NCBI GenBank assembly: GCA_048359195.1 | Contig: DBGCRA010000196.1 | Span: 843-64,842, forward strand | From: Candidatus Gallispira sp. | GTDB lineage: Bacteria > Bacillota > Clostridia > Lachnospirales > CAG-274 | Reading direction: 5' to 3' | DNA length: 64,000 nucleotides | Shown: one piece after another, positions 39,449 to 50,909 of the stretch | How the letters are laid out: the number at the start of each line of letters is the position of its first letter | Position numbering within the stretch: position 1 is the stretch's first letter | Position numbers and translations under genes: made by a program | The notes under the pieces: model-generated | Database searches by the model: none | What the model saw: only the letters and a program-made list of their open reading frames with translations | Told to the model about the DNA's origin: nothing

Positions 39449-42400
39449 ATGAGTAATGATACTGAAAAGCAGATGGTTTTTGACTCTATTAAAATAGGTC
39501 TTGCTTCTCCCGAAAAAATAAGAAAGTGGTCTTATGGCGAGGTAACTAAGCCTGAAACTATTAACTACAGAACTTTAAAGCCTGAAAGAGACGGTCTTTA
39601 TTGTGAAAGAATTTTCGGACCTACAAAGGACTGGGAATGTGCCTGTGGTAAGTACAAGAGAATCAGAAATAAGGGTATGGTTTGTGAACGCTGTGGTGTT
39701 GAAATTACCAAGAGCAAAGTTAGACGTGAAAGAATGGGTCATATTGAGCTTGCTGCTCCTGTTTCTCATATCTGGTACTTTAAGGGTATACCTTCAAAGA
39801 TGGGTACTATCCTTGGCAAAAGCCCTAAGGAGCTTGAAAAGGTACTTTATTTTGCTAACTATATTGTACTTGATTCAGGTGAAACTAACCTTGTTTACAA
39901 GGAAGTTATTACTGAACAGCAGTACAGAGAAACTATTGAACAGTACGGTCCGGGTTCATGCAGAGTTGGTATGGGTGCAGAGGCTATAAAGGAGCTTCTT
40001 GAGGCTATTGATCTTGATAAGGAATCAGCAGATTTACAGGCAGAGCTTGTAGATGCATCAGGTCAGAAAAAGGCTAAGATTATTAAGAAGCTTGAGGTTA
40101 TTGAATCTTTCAGATTAAGTGGTAACAGACCTGAATGGATGGTTCTTACCGTTCTTCCTGTTATACCTCCTGATTTAAGACCTATGGTTCAGCTTGACGG
40201 CGGCAGATTTGCCACATCTGATCTTAATGACCTTTACAGAAGAGTTATTAACAGAAACAACAGATTAAAGAAATTGGTTGAGTACGGTACTCCTGATATT
40301 ATTATCAGAAATGAAAAGAGAATGTTACAGGAGGCTGTTGACTCACTTATTGATAACGGCAGAAGAGGCAGACCTGTTACGGGTCCCGGAAACAGAGCAT
40401 TAAAGTCTCTTTCTGATTTATTAAAGGGTAAGCAGGGTAGATTCAGACAGAACTTACTTGGTAAGAGAGTTGACTATTCAGGCCGTTCGGTTATCGTAGT
40501 AGGACCTACTCTTAAGATTTATCAGTGTGGTTTGCCAAAAGAAATGGCTATTGAGCTTTTTAAGCCTTTTGTTATGAAGAAGCTTGTAAGTGACGAAATA
40601 GCTGCTAATATTAAGAGTGCCAAGAGAATGGTTGAGCAGCTTAAGCCTGAGGTTTGGGACGTTCTTGAAAGTGTTATTAAGGAGCATCCTGTTATGCTTA
40701 ACAGAGCACCTACTCTCCACAGACTTGGTATTCAGGCTTTTGAGCCTGTACTTGTTGAAGGTAGAGCTTTAAAGCTTCATCCACTTGTTTGTACAGCTTA
40801 CAATGCCGACTTCGATGGTGACCAGATGGCGGTTCACGTTCCTTTAAGTGTTGAGGCACAGGCAGAGTGCAGATTTCTTCTCCTCTCCCCTAACAATCTC
40901 TTAAAGCCGTCTGACGGTGAGCCTGTTGCAGTACCTTCACAGGATATGGTACTTGGTATTTATTATCTTACACTTGCTAAGGACGGCGAGCCGGGAGAAG
41001 GTAAGATATTTATGGATGAAAATGAAGTCTTACTTGCTTATGATAACAAGGTTATAAGCCTTCATGCTAAGATTAAGGTAAGACGTTCGGTTGAAATAAA
41101 CGGCGAGATTAAGTCAGGTCTTGTTGACACTACATGCGGTAGAATTATATTTAATGAAATTATACCTCAGGACTTAGGCTTTGTTGACAGAACTAAGCCG
41201 GAAAATGAGTTAAAGTATGAAATTGATTTCTTAACAGGTAAGAAGGAATTAGGTAAAATTATTAACAGATGTATACACAAGCATCCATCAACAGAAACTG
41301 CTGAAGTTCTTGATGATATTAAGAGCTTGGGCTACAAGTTCTCCACAAGAGCAGCACTTACCGTATCAGTATCTGATATGAAGATTCCTGATGCCAAGTA
41401 TGAATTACTTGCTGAGGGTGATGAAGAAGTTAATAAGATTACCAAGATGTACAGACGTGGTCTTATGACAGACGAGGAAAGACATAACAAGGTTATTTCC
41501 GTTTGGGAAAAGATTGACGATAAGATTACTAAGGCACTTATTGATAACTTAGGTCAGTACAATGATATTTATATGATGGCTCTCTCAGGTGCGAGAGGTT
41601 CTAACAGACAGATTAAGCAGTTAGCAGGTATGAGAGGCTTGATGGCATCTCCTAGCGGTGAAACTATTGAGTTACCTATCAAGGCTAACTTCCGTGAGGG
41701 TCTTACAGTTCAGGAATACTTCATTTCTGCTCATGGTGCACGTAAGGGTCTTACAGATACAGCTCTTAAGACAGCTGACTCAGGTTACCTTACAAGACGT
41801 CTTGTTGATGTTGCTCAGGATATTATTATCAGAGAATATGACTGTGCTGCTGACCTTGACCGGATTCCATATATGGAAGTTGAGGCATTTATGGACGGTC
41901 AGGAAACTATTGAGGGTCTTTTAGACAGAATCAGAGGAAGATATTCAGCAGAGGATATTTTAAATCCTGAAACTAATGAAGTTATTGTTCCTTGTGATAC
42001 ACTTATTACTCCTGATATGGCTGATGCTGTAATTGCAGCAGGTGTTACTAAGGTTAAAATCAGAACTATATTAACCTGTAAGTGCCCTAACGGTGTTTGC
42101 TCTAAGTGCTACGGCTCTAATATGGCAAGCGGCAGACAGGTAAGAATTGGTGAGGCTGTGGGTATTATTGCCGCACAGTCTATTGGTGAGCCGGGTACAC
42201 AGCTTACAATGAGAACATTCCACACAGGCGGTATTTCAGGTAACGACCTTACACAAGGTCTTCCAAGAGTTGAGGAACTTTTTGAAGCGAGAAATCCTAA
42301 GGGACGTTCCATAATTGCTGAATTTGGCGGTAAGGTTACTGTTAATGTAAATAAGGTAACTAAGAAAGAGGATGTAACTGTAACTGCTCCTGACGGAACG

Positions 42401-43120
42401 GTTAAGGATTATTCAATTCCTTATGGTTCAAGAGTTTGTGTTCTTAACGGTGATGTAATTGAAGCAGGCGACCAGATTACGGAAGGTTCTATTTATCCAC
42501 AGGATATTTTAAGAATTAACGGTGTAAGAGGTGTTCAGGATTATATCCTTAAGGAAGTACAGAGAGTTTATCGTTTGCAGGGTGTTGATATTAACGATAA
42601 GCATATTGAGGTTATTGTTAGACAAATGCTTAAGAGAGTAAGAGTTGAAACTGCCGGTGAGACCGGTCTTTTACCGGGTTCACAGGTTGACTGGCTTGCT
42701 TTTGAAACTGCCAATGCTAAGGCACAGGCAGAGGGCAAAGAGGAGGCAACAGGTTCAAGAACTCTTCTTGGTATTACCAAGGCATCTCTTGCTACTGACA
42801 GTTTCCTGTCTGCGGCATCTTTCCAGGAAACAACTAAGGTATTAACTGATGCTGCCGTAAAGGGTAAGGTTGATCCTCTTGTTGGTCTTAAGGAAAATGT
42901 TATTATCGGTAAGCTTATTCCTGCCGGTACAGGGATGAGCCTTTACAGAAAGGTTGATTTAAAGCTTGATAAACCTGATTATGTAGAAGAAATAGAGGAT
43001 AATATAAGTATTGCTGAAATAACTGAAACAGTTCAGGATGAAATAATTGAAACTGCTGAGGATATTAGCGATGATGTTATTGATGCGGCTGTTGAGAGTG
43101 CAGATATTACTGAAGAATAA
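39449..43120 (+). CDS. rpoC: DNA-directed RNA polymerase subunit beta'
   Basis: Zinc finger [24 protein letters not shown], catalytic [28 protein letters not shown]. Confidence 0.98.
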   Translation: MSNDTEKQMVFDSIKIGLASPEKIRKWSYGEVTKPETINYRTLKPERDGLYCERIFGPTKDWECACGKYKRIRNKGMVCERCGVEITKSKVRRERMGHIELAAPVSHIWYFKGIPSKMGTILGKSPKELEKVLYFANYIVLDSGETNLVYKEVITEQQYRETIEQYGPGSCRVGMGAEAIKELLEAIDLDKESADLQAELVDASGQKKAKIIKKLEVIESFRLSGNRPEWMVLTVLPVIPPDLRPMVQLDGGRFATSDLNDLYRRVINRNNRLKKLVEYGTPDIIIRNEKRMLQEAVDSLIDNGRRGRPVTGPGNRALKSLSDLLKGKQGRFRQNLLGKRVDYSGRSVIVVGPTLKIYQCGLPKEMAIELFKPFVMKKLVSDEIAANIKSAKRMVEQLKPEVWDVLESVIKEHPVMLNRAPTLHRLGIQAFEPVLVEGRALKLHPLVCTAYNADFDGDQMAVHVPLSVEAQAECRFLLLSPNNLLKPSDGEPVAVPSQDMVLGIYYLTLAKDGEPGEGKIFMDENEVLLAYDNKVISLHAKIKVRRSVEINGEIKSGLVDTTCGRIIFNEIIPQDLGFVDRTKPENELKYEIDFLTGKKELGKIINRCIHKHPSTETAEVLDDIKSLGYKFSTRAALTVSVSDMKIPDAKYELLAEGDEEVNKITKMYRRGLMTDEERHNKVISVWEKIDDKITKALIDNLGQYNDIYMMALSGARGSNRQIKQLAGMRGLMASPSGETIELPIKANFREGLTVQEYFISAHGARKGLTDTALKTADSGYLTRRLVDVAQDIIIREYDCAADLDRIPYMEVEAFMDGQETIEGLLDRIRGRYSAEDILNPETNEVIVPCDTLITPDMADAVIAAGVTKVKIRTILTCKCPNGVCSKCYGSNMASGRQVRIGEAVGIIAAQSIGEPGTQLTMRTFHTGGISGNDLTQGLPRVEELFEARNPKGRSIIAEFGGKVTVNVNKVTKKEDVTVTAPDGTVKDYSIPYGSRVCVLNGDVIEAGDQITEGSIYPQDILRINGVRGVQDYILKEVQRVYRLQGVDINDKHIEVIVRQMLKRVRVETAGETGLLPGSQVDWLAFETANAKAQAEGKEEATGSRTLLGITKASLATDSFLSAASFQETTKVLTDAAVKGKVDPLVGLKENVIIGKLIPAGTGMSLYRKVDLKLDKPDYVEEIEDNISIAEITETVQDEIIETAEDISDDVIDAAVESADITEE

Positions 43121-43130
43121 TTTGTTTTTA

Positions 43131-43156
43131 AAGGGAGCTTTTTTGGCTCCCTTTTT
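43131..43156 (+). terminator. Intrinsic terminator after rpoC
   Basis: AAGGGAGC-tttttt-GGCTCCCTT followed by TTTT. Confidence 0.85.
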
Positions 43157-43162
43157 AATTCA

Positions 43163-43191
43163 AAAGGCAGAGTCAATTTCGCTCTGCCTTT
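43163..43191 (-). terminator. Intrinsic terminator after hydA
   Basis: AAAGGCAGAG/CTCTGCCTTT 10-bp stem, with TTTT on the minus strand. Confidence 0.75.
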
Positions 43192-43200
43192 AATTTATAT

Positions 43201-44937
43201 TTATTTATTTTTTCTGTTTACATAAGTGGTATGTAGAAGTTTATGTGCTCTTGCTTTACCGGGACTGTCAAAGAATTCATCATAAATCATTTTTATAACA
43301 GGGCTTTCATGGGATTTTCTTATTTTAAGTCCTTTATCTGCATCATAGAGTACCTTTGAACGCAGTCCTTTAAGATCAACATAATTTCTTATGCTATCAC
43401 TTTGCACAGGCTGACCGCCGCCGTTTATACAGCCGCCGGGACAAGCCATAATTTCCACAAAGTGATAATCCTTTTCACCTGACTTTATACTGTCAATTAC
43501 CTTTCTTGCATTTGCAAGACCTGAAGCAACAGCTACATTTATTTTTAATCCGCTTATAGTATATGTAGCCTCTTTAATGGCATCGTTACCTCTGACTTCT
43601 TTAAAGTCGGTTCTTTTAATATCAGAGTTAAGCATATGTGCCGCTGTTCTTAAGGCTGCTTCCATTACTCCGCCTGTAGCACCGAAAATAACACCGCCGC
43701 CGCTTGCAAATTCAAAAGGATTGTCATAGTTTTCATCATTTATTTCATTGAAAACTATACCTGCACCTTTTATCATTTTAGCAAGCTCTCTTGTTGTAAG
43801 AGAAACATCTACATCCTGATAACCCATTGCATTTTGTTCCTTACGGGTTATTTCAAACTTCTTTGCCGTACATGGAATAACACTTACTACAAAAACATCC
43901 TTAGGATGTATTCCTGTTTTCTGGCAATAGTAGCTTTTAAGGAGTGCACCAAACATTTGCTGAGGCGACTTACAGGTGGAAATGTTAGGTATCATTTCAG
44001 GATAATAATGCTCAACAAATTTTACCCAGCCGGGACAGCAGGAAGTGAACATAGGCAGTTTTCCAAAGCCGTTTATTCTTTCAACAAGTTCGTGAGCTTC
44101 TTCCATAATTGTAAGGTCTGCCGTAACATTCATATTAAATACTTTGTCTACACCAAGACGTCTTATAGAGGCAACCATTTTACCTTCTACATCGGTTCCG
44201 GGAGGCATATTAAAACATTCGCCAAGTGTTGCACGAATTGAAGGTGCCGTAAACATAATGACATGCTTATCAGGATTGGAAATTGCTGACCAAACCTCAT
44301 CAATCTGGCTTTTTTCGCTTAAAGCACCTACAGGACAGGCAACTATACATTGTCCGCAGCCGACACATGGAGAATCTGCAAGGCTCTTTTCAAAGGCACA
44401 GCCTACGTGAACATCATAACCTCTTTTAATAGGACCTATTACGGAAACTGACTGTACATTCTTACAGGCGGCAACACATCGCATACACTGTATGCACTTA
44501 CTGTTGTCCCTTACAATATAAGGTGACAAATCGTCAATAGGATATAAAGCGTCATCACCCTTAAATCTGTCCTCGTCAACACCGTAGTCAAAAGACAGCT
44601 TTTGAAGTTCGCAGTGATTACCTCTTACACAGGAAAGGCATTTTTTGTGGTGACTGGAAAGTATAAGCTCAATAGTAGTTTTTCTTGAGGCACGCACCTT
44701 TGGAGTATTTGTAAGTACCTCCATACCCTCTTCAACAGGGTATACACATGAGGCAACAAGACCGTTTCTTCCCTTGATTTCAACTACACATACTCTGCAT
44801 GCACCTATACAGTTTATGTCCTTTAAATAACAAAGTGACGGTATCTCAATATGTATTGATTTTGCTGCCTGCAAAATAGTATAATTGGCAGGCACAGTTA
44901 CAGGAATATTATTTATTTTTAAATTAACCGTATCCAT
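43201..44937 (-). CDS. hydA: [FeFe]-hydrogenase catalytic subunit (HydA, group A3 type)
   Basis: N-terminal 2Fe-2S and FeS domains. H-cluster motifs FTSCCPGWV, IPCTAKKFE, EIMACPGGCINGGGQP. Confidence 0.9.
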   Translation of the reverse strand: MDTVNLKINNIPVTVPANYTILQAAKSIHIEIPSLCYLKDINCIGACRVCVVEIKGRNGLVASCVYPVEEGMEVLTNTPKVRASRKTTIELILSSHHKKCLSCVRGNHCELQKLSFDYGVDEDRFKGDDALYPIDDLSPYIVRDNSKCIQCMRCVAACKNVQSVSVIGPIKRGYDVHVGCAFEKSLADSPCVGCGQCIVACPVGALSEKSQIDEVWSAISNPDKHVIMFTAPSIRATLGECFNMPPGTDVEGKMVASIRRLGVDKVFNMNVTADLTIMEEAHELVERINGFGKLPMFTSCCPGWVKFVEHYYPEMIPNISTCKSPQQMFGALLKSYYCQKTGIHPKDVFVVSVIPCTAKKFEITRKEQNAMGYQDVDVSLTTRELAKMIKGAGIVFNEINDENYDNPFEFASGGGVIFGATGGVMEAALRTAAHMLNSDIKRTDFKEVRGNDAIKEATYTISGLKINVAVASGLANARKVIDSIKSGEKDYHFVEIMACPGGCINGGGQPVQSDSIRNYVDLKGLRSKVLYDADKGLKIRKSHESPVIKMIYDEFFDSPGKARAHKLLHTTYVNRKNK

Positions 44938-44949
44938 AAAAGCACCCCC

Positions 44950-46845
44950 TTATTTAGTCATAATAGCGTTAAATTTACAGTTTTTAACGCAAAGACCACA
45001 TTTGATACATACATTTTTGTCAATAACATGAGGCTTTTTAACCTCGCCGCTAATGGCATTAACAGGACAGTTTTTAGCACATTTTGTACAGCCTTTGCAA
45101 AGCTTTGGCTGAATTTCATAATAAAGAAGTGATTTACATACTCCTGCGGGACAGGTTTTATCCACAATATGAGCAAGGTATTCATCTCTGAAATACTTTA
45201 TTGTGGAAAGAACAGGGTTAGATGCTGACTGACCAAGAGCACAGAGAGAAGATGTTTTCATATGCATTGAAAGCTCTTCTATTTTGTCAAGGTCTTCAAG
45301 CTCGCCCTTGCCTGAGGTAATCTTTTCAAGAAACTGCATAAGTCTTCTTGTGCCTATTCGGCAAGGTGTACATTTACCACAGGATTCGTCAACGGTAAAT
45401 TCCAGATAAAATTTTGAAATATCTACCATACAGGTATCTTCGTCAAGAATAATAAGACCGCCTGAGCCCATCATAGAGCCTAAAGCAATAAGGCTGTCAT
45501 AATCAATAGGAGTGTCAATATGACAGGCAGGTATACAGCCACCTGAAGGACCGCCTGTCTGTGCTGCCTTAAACTTTTTGCCGTTAGGTATTCCTCCGCC
45601 TATTTCCTCTACGATTTCACGAAGTGTAGTACCCATAGGTATTTCCACAAGACCTACATTTGTTATTTTTCCGCCAAGAGCAAAAACCTTTGTGCCCTTT
45701 GATTTTTCTGTACCTATACTGCTGAACCATTCTGCACCATTTAATATAATCTGTGCTATGTTTGCATTTGTTTCTACATTGTTAAGTACTGTAGGTTTAC
45801 CGAAAAGACCCTTTACAGCAGGGAATGGAGGACGGGGACGAGGTTCGCCTCTGTGACCTTCAATAGATGTCATAAGAGCTGTTTCTTCGCCGCATACAAA
45901 TGCACCTGCACCAAGTCTTATTTCTATATCAAATGAAAAATCCGTTCCAAATATGTTTTCGCCTAAAATACCATATTCTCTTGCTTGATCTACTGCAATT
46001 TGAAGTCGCTGAACGGCAATAGGATACTCTGCACGAACATAAACATAACCTTTTTGTGCTCCTATACTGTAGCCTGCTATTGCCATAGCCTCTATAACAC
46101 AGTGAGGATCACCTTCAAGTATTGATCTGTCCATAAATGCACCGGGGTCGCCTTCATCAGCATTACAGCATACATATTTAATATCGCCTTCTGCCGCTTT
46201 TGCAAATGCCCATTTTCTGCCTGTAGGGAATCCGCCACCGCCTCTGCCTCTAAGACCTGATTTAAGTACTTCTTCAATAACTTCGTCACCGCTCATTGAT
46301 GTAAGAACTTTTGCAAGTGCCTGATAACCGTCAAGAGCTATGTATTCCTCTATTTGTTCGGGGTCAATAACACCGCAGTTTCTAAGAGCAACTCTCATTT
46401 GCTTTTTGTAGAACTGAGTTTCATTTAATGACACTATACTTCCATCACTGTGTATAGTTTCCCGGTAAAGAAGTTCCTTAACAATATTGTTGTTTTTAAG
46501 ATGTTCTTCAACAATTTTTTCAACACCCTCCGGAGTTACCTGACTGTAAAAACAGCCTTCGGGATATACAATCATTACAGGACCAAGGGCACATAGACCA
46601 AAACAGCCTGTTTTGACAACAAGGATTTCTTTTTCAATGCCGTTTTTCTCCAGTGCGGCTTCAAGAGCAGCAATAACTTTGTGAGAGCCTGATGAAGTAC
46701 AGCCGGTACCTCCGCATATAAGTACCTGCTTTTTGTAGCCTGTTTTTTTGGCAAGCTCTTCGCCCTGCTCCTTTATAACCTTACGAACCATTACCAAATC
46801 TCTTTTGGAATCTCTGATTTTGTTTAATTCTTCAATGGTTATCAT
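44950..46845 (-). CDS. hydB: NADH-binding flavoprotein subunit of bifurcating hydrogenase (HydB / NuoF-like)
   Basis: GLRGRGGGGFPTGRKW FMN/NAD site, the SLBB region, CGKCTPCR, and two C-terminal ferredoxin-type CxxCxxCxxxCP motifs. Confidence 0.9.
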   Translation of the reverse strand: MITIEELNKIRDSKRDLVMVRKVIKEQGEELAKKTGYKKQVLICGGTGCTSSGSHKVIAALEAALEKNGIEKEILVVKTGCFGLCALGPVMIVYPEGCFYSQVTPEGVEKIVEEHLKNNNIVKELLYRETIHSDGSIVSLNETQFYKKQMRVALRNCGVIDPEQIEEYIALDGYQALAKVLTSMSGDEVIEEVLKSGLRGRGGGGFPTGRKWAFAKAAEGDIKYVCCNADEGDPGAFMDRSILEGDPHCVIEAMAIAGYSIGAQKGYVYVRAEYPIAVQRLQIAVDQAREYGILGENIFGTDFSFDIEIRLGAGAFVCGEETALMTSIEGHRGEPRPRPPFPAVKGLFGKPTVLNNVETNANIAQIILNGAEWFSSIGTEKSKGTKVFALGGKITNVGLVEIPMGTTLREIVEEIGGGIPNGKKFKAAQTGGPSGGCIPACHIDTPIDYDSLIALGSMMGSGGLIILDEDTCMVDISKFYLEFTVDESCGKCTPCRIGTRRLMQFLEKITSGKGELEDLDKIEELSMHMKTSSLCALGQSASNPVLSTIKYFRDEYLAHIVDKTCPAGVCKSLLYYEIQPKLCKGCTKCAKNCPVNAISGEVKKPHVIDKNVCIKCGLCVKNCKFNAIMTK

Positions 46846-47363
46846 TAATTGTCACCTCCCTTTTTATCTTTTTTCATATATTTATCTATAATTGCGTCTA
46901 CCTGATCTACAGTCATTTTGCCGTAAACATCATCGTTTATCATCATAACAGGTGCAAGACCGCAGGCACCTATGCACCTGGTAGAATCAAGAGAGAATTG
47001 TCTGTTTTTAGTACATTCGCCGCTTTTGATTCCAAGCTTTTTTTCTATTGCCTCCAGTATTTTGTCAGCTCCCTTAACATAACAGGCAGTACCAAGACAG
47101 ACGCTTATTCTGTTTTCTCCTTTTGGTGAAAGTGAAAATTGGGAATAAAACGTAGCTACCCCGTATACTTCTGACAAAGGTACATTAAGTCCTTCTGCTA
47201 TCATACTTTGAACTTCAATAGGCAGGTAGCCGTATATTTCCTGAGCATCCTGCAATACAGGCATTAAACCTCCGGGCTGTTTAAGATGCTTTTCAATAAC
47301 ATCTTTAAGTTGATGTTCTTGTGCTGCCGTGCCTCTAAAGTTATGGACTGATTTTTTTTCCAT
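46845..47363 (-). CDS. hydC: Thioredoxin-like [2Fe-2S] subunit (HydC / NuoE-like)
   Basis: VCLGTACYVKG...CIGACGLAPVMMIND pattern. The stop overlaps the hydB ATG (TAATG). Start at MEKKSVH after an AAGGAGG SD. Confidence 0.88.
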   Translation of the reverse strand: MEKKSVHNFRGTAAQEHQLKDVIEKHLKQPGGLMPVLQDAQEIYGYLPIEVQSMIAEGLNVPLSEVYGVATFYSQFSLSPKGENRISVCLGTACYVKGADKILEAIEKKLGIKSGECTKNRQFSLDSTRCIGACGLAPVMMINDDVYGKMTVDQVDAIIDKYMKKDKKGGDN

Positions 47364-47568
47364 AAAATACCTCCTTATCATATTTGTTATACATTAATAA
47401 TTAATTCAGTAAAATATTTAATTATTAAAATAAAAAATTGAAAATTATGCTGTTTGTTAAAATTCAACATTTTATTAAATATAATTATAATATAAATATG
47501 GAAAATAAACAATGATTTTTGAGTGGAGTTTTTGGTTTTTGTGAATTTTTACATAAATTTGCGGCATA

Positions 47569-47604
47569 AAAAAACTCCCCAAAGGAATCTTTGGAGAGTT
47601 TTTT
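47569..47604 (-). terminator. Intrinsic terminator after prs
   Basis: CTCTCCAAAG-attc-CTTTGGGGAG (one mismatch), flanked by A/T runs. Confidence 0.7.
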
Positions 47605-47614
47605 ATAATTAAAA

Positions 47615-48574
47615 TTAATATTCAAATATTCTTGAAACAGGCAAGCCTTCGTGAATTCTGTAAATTGCATCAGCAAATACCTTAGCAACAGACTTCTGTT
47701 TAATTTTAGGAATAGCCTTTTCAGATGTAAGAGGTACTGTATCAAGTACAAGTAATTCTTTAATCCGGCTGTTCTGTATTCTTTCAATGGCAGCACCTGA
47801 AAGAACACCGTGAGTACAGCATGCATAGACCTCCTTGGCACCTCTTTCAATAATAGCATTAGCTGCATTTGTAATAGTGCCGGCAGTATCAATCATATCG
47901 TCATAAAGAATAACGGTTTTATCCTTAAAGTCGCCGATAATATTCATAATTTCAGATACGTTAGGCTTAGGCCTTCTCTTGTCTACAATAGCAATAGGAA
48001 TGTCAAGCTGCTCAGCAAATGATCTTGTTCTTGTTACAGAGCCAAGGTCAGGTGATACAGCTACGAGATTATCATTGCCATAACCGAACTTTTCACCATA
48101 ATACTTTGAGAGTAAAGGCATACCAACTAAATGGTCAACAGGGATATTAAAGAAACCCTGAATTTGTGCACAGTGTAAATCCATAGTGATTACTCTGTCT
48201 GCACCTGCACTTGTAATAAGGTCAGCAACGAGCTTAGCTGAAATTGGATCTCTGGCCTTAGCCTTTCTGTCCTGACGTGCATAACCGTAGTAAGGTATAA
48301 CAGCATTAATTCTGCCCGCTGATGCTCTCTTAACAGCATCAATAGTAATGAGAAGCTCCATTAAATTATCATTAACCGGATTGCTTGTAGGCTGAACGAT
48401 AAAAATGTCATTGCCTCTTACTGTTTCGTTGATTCTAACACTGATTTCGCCGTCACTGAATTTGCTTACTTCACATTTACTAAGTGAAAGACCTAATTCT
48501 GAAGCAATTCTTTCAGCTAAGACGTGGTTACCGTTGCAACCGAAAATCTTAATGCCACCACCGCTAATATTCAT
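47615..48574 (-). CDS. prs: Ribose-phosphate pyrophosphokinase
   Basis: IKIFGCNGNHVLAERIA, YYGYARQDRK, DLHCAQIQGFF, ILYDDMIDTAGT. Start at MNISGGG after an AGGAGG SD. Confidence 0.93.
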   Translation of the reverse strand: MNISGGGIKIFGCNGNHVLAERIASELGLSLSKCEVSKFSDGEISVRINETVRGNDIFIVQPTSNPVNDNLMELLITIDAVKRASAGRINAVIPYYGYARQDRKAKARDPISAKLVADLITSAGADRVITMDLHCAQIQGFFNIPVDHLVGMPLLSKYYGEKFGYGNDNLVAVSPDLGSVTRTRSFAEQLDIPIAIVDKRRPKPNVSEIMNIIGDFKDKTVILYDDMIDTAGTITNAANAIIERGAKEVYACCTHGVLSGAAIERIQNSRIKELLVLDTVPLTSEKAIPKIKQKSVAKVFADAIYRIHEGLPVSRIFEY

Positions 48575-48926
48575 TAATAATTCCTCCTGATGAAACTGCT
48601 TAAACCAATACTGGTTTTCTTCGCTTTTATACATATTAATTATAATATTAATTTAAGTCGTTGTCAAATATTGTTGAATGAAAAGTTTACCTAAATTATC
48701 CATATTTTTTACCAAATTTAGTTATTATTTTTAGCATATTTACTGTTGTTGTTGCATAATTTATATTTTATTATATGTTTATTAATAATTTTTAGTCAAA
48801 TTGCGAATAGATTATTAATAATGGAGTAATAATATTTTTTATTTTACTGATGAATATTTTAAATAAAAAATACATTTTTAATTGCTTTAATAAAATATGA
48901 ATTTATTTAAAATTTATATAATTTTA

Positions 48927-48955
48927 TTGATTTTTTTATAAAGCCGGTTTATAAT
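48927..48955 (+). promoter_or_regulatory. SigmaA-type promoter (TTGATT-17-TATAAT) for the ade leader
   Basis: Hexamers at 48927-48932 and 48950-48955. Confidence 0.45.
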
Positions 48956-49117
48956 TTACTTATTAATATATATTTTTAAAGCTGACTGAAAGGTTTTGGG
49001 CAACTGAAGTGATGTTGTTTGGATATTTAATAGGTTAATATTTACATTTGTTGATGCTTGCGGTCGGTGATTAAAGCTGTGTTTTAAAATACTTATGCAG
49101 TAAATGACATCTTCATT

Positions 49118-49147
49118 TCCCCCTAATTTTCACGGAGGGATTTTTTT
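49118..49147 (+). terminator. Terminator-like hairpin + T7 inside the ade 5' leader (possible attenuator)
   Basis: TCCCCCT-(9 nt)-GGAGGGA followed by TTTTTTT, 40 nt before the ade ATG. A second AAGGGGA+T7 follows. Confidence 0.45.
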
Positions 49148-49186
49148 GTTTTAAGGGGATTTTTTTAAAATTATAGGAGGTATTTT

Positions 49187-50836
49187 ATGCTTAAAAATGT
49201 TATTCAGTCTGCTCTTGGCAATGAAAAGGCAGATTTAGTGTTAAAAAACGGAAAGATTATAGATGTGTTAAACCATAGAATAGTTGAAGGCAATGTAGCA
49301 GTAAAAGATGGCATTATTATAGGAATAGGCGACTATGAGGGTGTTGAGGAAACAGATGTTAAAGGGGCTTATATCACTCCGGGGTTTGTGGACAGCCATG
49401 TTCATATTGAGTCAGCTATGGTAACTCCTGCACAATATGCAAAGGCTGTTATGCCAAAGGGGGTTACAACAATTATAGCTGACCCTCACGAAATCGCTAA
49501 TGTAAAGGGTGAGGAAGGACTTGCATTTATGATTGAAGACGGTAAAAAGGCACCTTTAGAGGTACATTTTATGCTGCCTTCCTGCGTTCCCGCAACACCT
49601 TTTGACCATTCGGGCTGTGTTATTGACGGCGATAAAACTGCTGAGCTTTTTGAAAAGTATGACTTTTTAGGTCTTGGTGAAATGATGAATTATCCGGGTG
49701 TAATTGGCTGTGTATCTGATGTTTTGAAAAAGCTTGAATCAGCAGAATATATTGACGGCCACGCTCCTATTATAAAAGGAAAGGGGTTAAATGCTTATGC
49801 CTGCGGCGGTATAAGAAATGACCACGAGTGCAGCAGTGCAAATGAAGCTCTTGAGAAAATAAGCAATGGTTTTGATATTTTTGTAAGAGAGGGTACAGGT
49901 GCCAAGAATCTTAAGGAACTTATGAAGGCTGTAAATCCATATAATTTAAGGCATTTTGCTTTTTGTACCGATGACAAGCATCCTGCTGAAATTATTAAAG
50001 AGGGAACAATATCACATTGTATAGACAAGGCAATTAAACTTGGTTATGATCCTTTGGATGTTTATACCATTGCCTGCTATAACTCCTGTGTAAGCTATAA
50101 CCTTGGCAGAAAGGGAGCGGTTGCAAGCGGCTTTGAGGCTGATATTGTTGTTACAAGGGATATTAATGCAACTAAAATTGAAAGAGTTTATAAAAAGGGT
50201 GTTCTTGTGGCTGAAAACGGCAAGGCTCTTTTTGATACAGCGGGTGCAGATATTTCAGCTGTTGAAAATACTGTGAATACAGATACTGTTAAAGCAGAGG
50301 ACCTTTTTCTTGAATTTGACAGCAAAAATTTGGTTATTGCTTTGAATGAAGGCAGTTTAATAACTGATGGTGTTTACTGTGAAAATGCCGAAGGACTTTC
50401 TCTTTGTGCAAATATTGAAAGGCATAATAAAACAGGCAATATTGGTAAGTGCTATGTAAAAGGCCTTGATATTGCAAATGGAGCTATTGCTCAGACTATA
50501 GGTCATGATTCTCATAATATAAGTGTTATTGGCAGCGACAGTGAAAATATGGCGGCAGCTGTTAATGCCCTTGGTAAACAGGGCGGCATTGTTGTAGTTA
50601 AGAATAATAAAATTCTGGCAAAAATGGAGCTTAAAGTAGGCGGTATTATGTCAGATAAGGATATTAATGATGTTGTATGGGAACACGAAAAAATTGTTGA
50701 GGCTGCAAAAGCTCTTTCTCCAAGCGGAAGTAATGAAACCCTTATGATACTGGGTTTTATATCACTTCTTGTTATTCCTCATTATAAATTAGGGGATAAG
50801 GGAGTATTTAATGTTGATGATTTTAGATATGAATAA
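49187..50836 (+). CDS. ade: Adenine deaminase
   Basis: 549 aa. Amidohydrolase metal site PGFVDSHVHIES, DPHEIANV, plus the adenine deaminase C-terminal domain. Confidence 0.88.
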   Translation: MLKNVIQSALGNEKADLVLKNGKIIDVLNHRIVEGNVAVKDGIIIGIGDYEGVEETDVKGAYITPGFVDSHVHIESAMVTPAQYAKAVMPKGVTTIIADPHEIANVKGEEGLAFMIEDGKKAPLEVHFMLPSCVPATPFDHSGCVIDGDKTAELFEKYDFLGLGEMMNYPGVIGCVSDVLKKLESAEYIDGHAPIIKGKGLNAYACGGIRNDHECSSANEALEKISNGFDIFVREGTGAKNLKELMKAVNPYNLRHFAFCTDDKHPAEIIKEGTISHCIDKAIKLGYDPLDVYTIACYNSCVSYNLGRKGAVASGFEADIVVTRDINATKIERVYKKGVLVAENGKALFDTAGADISAVENTVNTDTVKAEDLFLEFDSKNLVIALNEGSLITDGVYCENAEGLSLCANIERHNKTGNIGKCYVKGLDIANGAIAQTIGHDSHNISVIGSDSENMAAAVNALGKQGGIVVVKNNKILAKMELKVGGIMSDKDINDVVWEHEKIVEAAKALSPSGSNETLMILGFISLLVIPHYKLGDKGVFNVDDFRYE

Positions 50837-50909
50837 AATAATTTTATTTTTTTATATTATCATTAGGGCTGTTTAATTTGATAAATATATATGTAAGGAG
50901 AATAAAAAT

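Noticed and set aside
36169-42845. Multiple 60-130 aa ORFs in alternative frames or strands within rpoB and rpoC
   Set aside because: All are nested in the highly conserved rpoB/rpoC frames. None has an SD or a recognisable motif.
47485-47892. 135-aa minus-strand ORF overlapping the prs 3' end
   Set aside because: It is out of frame with prs and spans the prs terminator. prs homology fully explains the region.
48962-49186. Purine (adenine/guanine) riboswitch upstream of ade
   Set aside because: The expected conserved cores (UAUA..., UAUGG, CUACC junction) are not present. It is kept only as an unclassified leader candidate.
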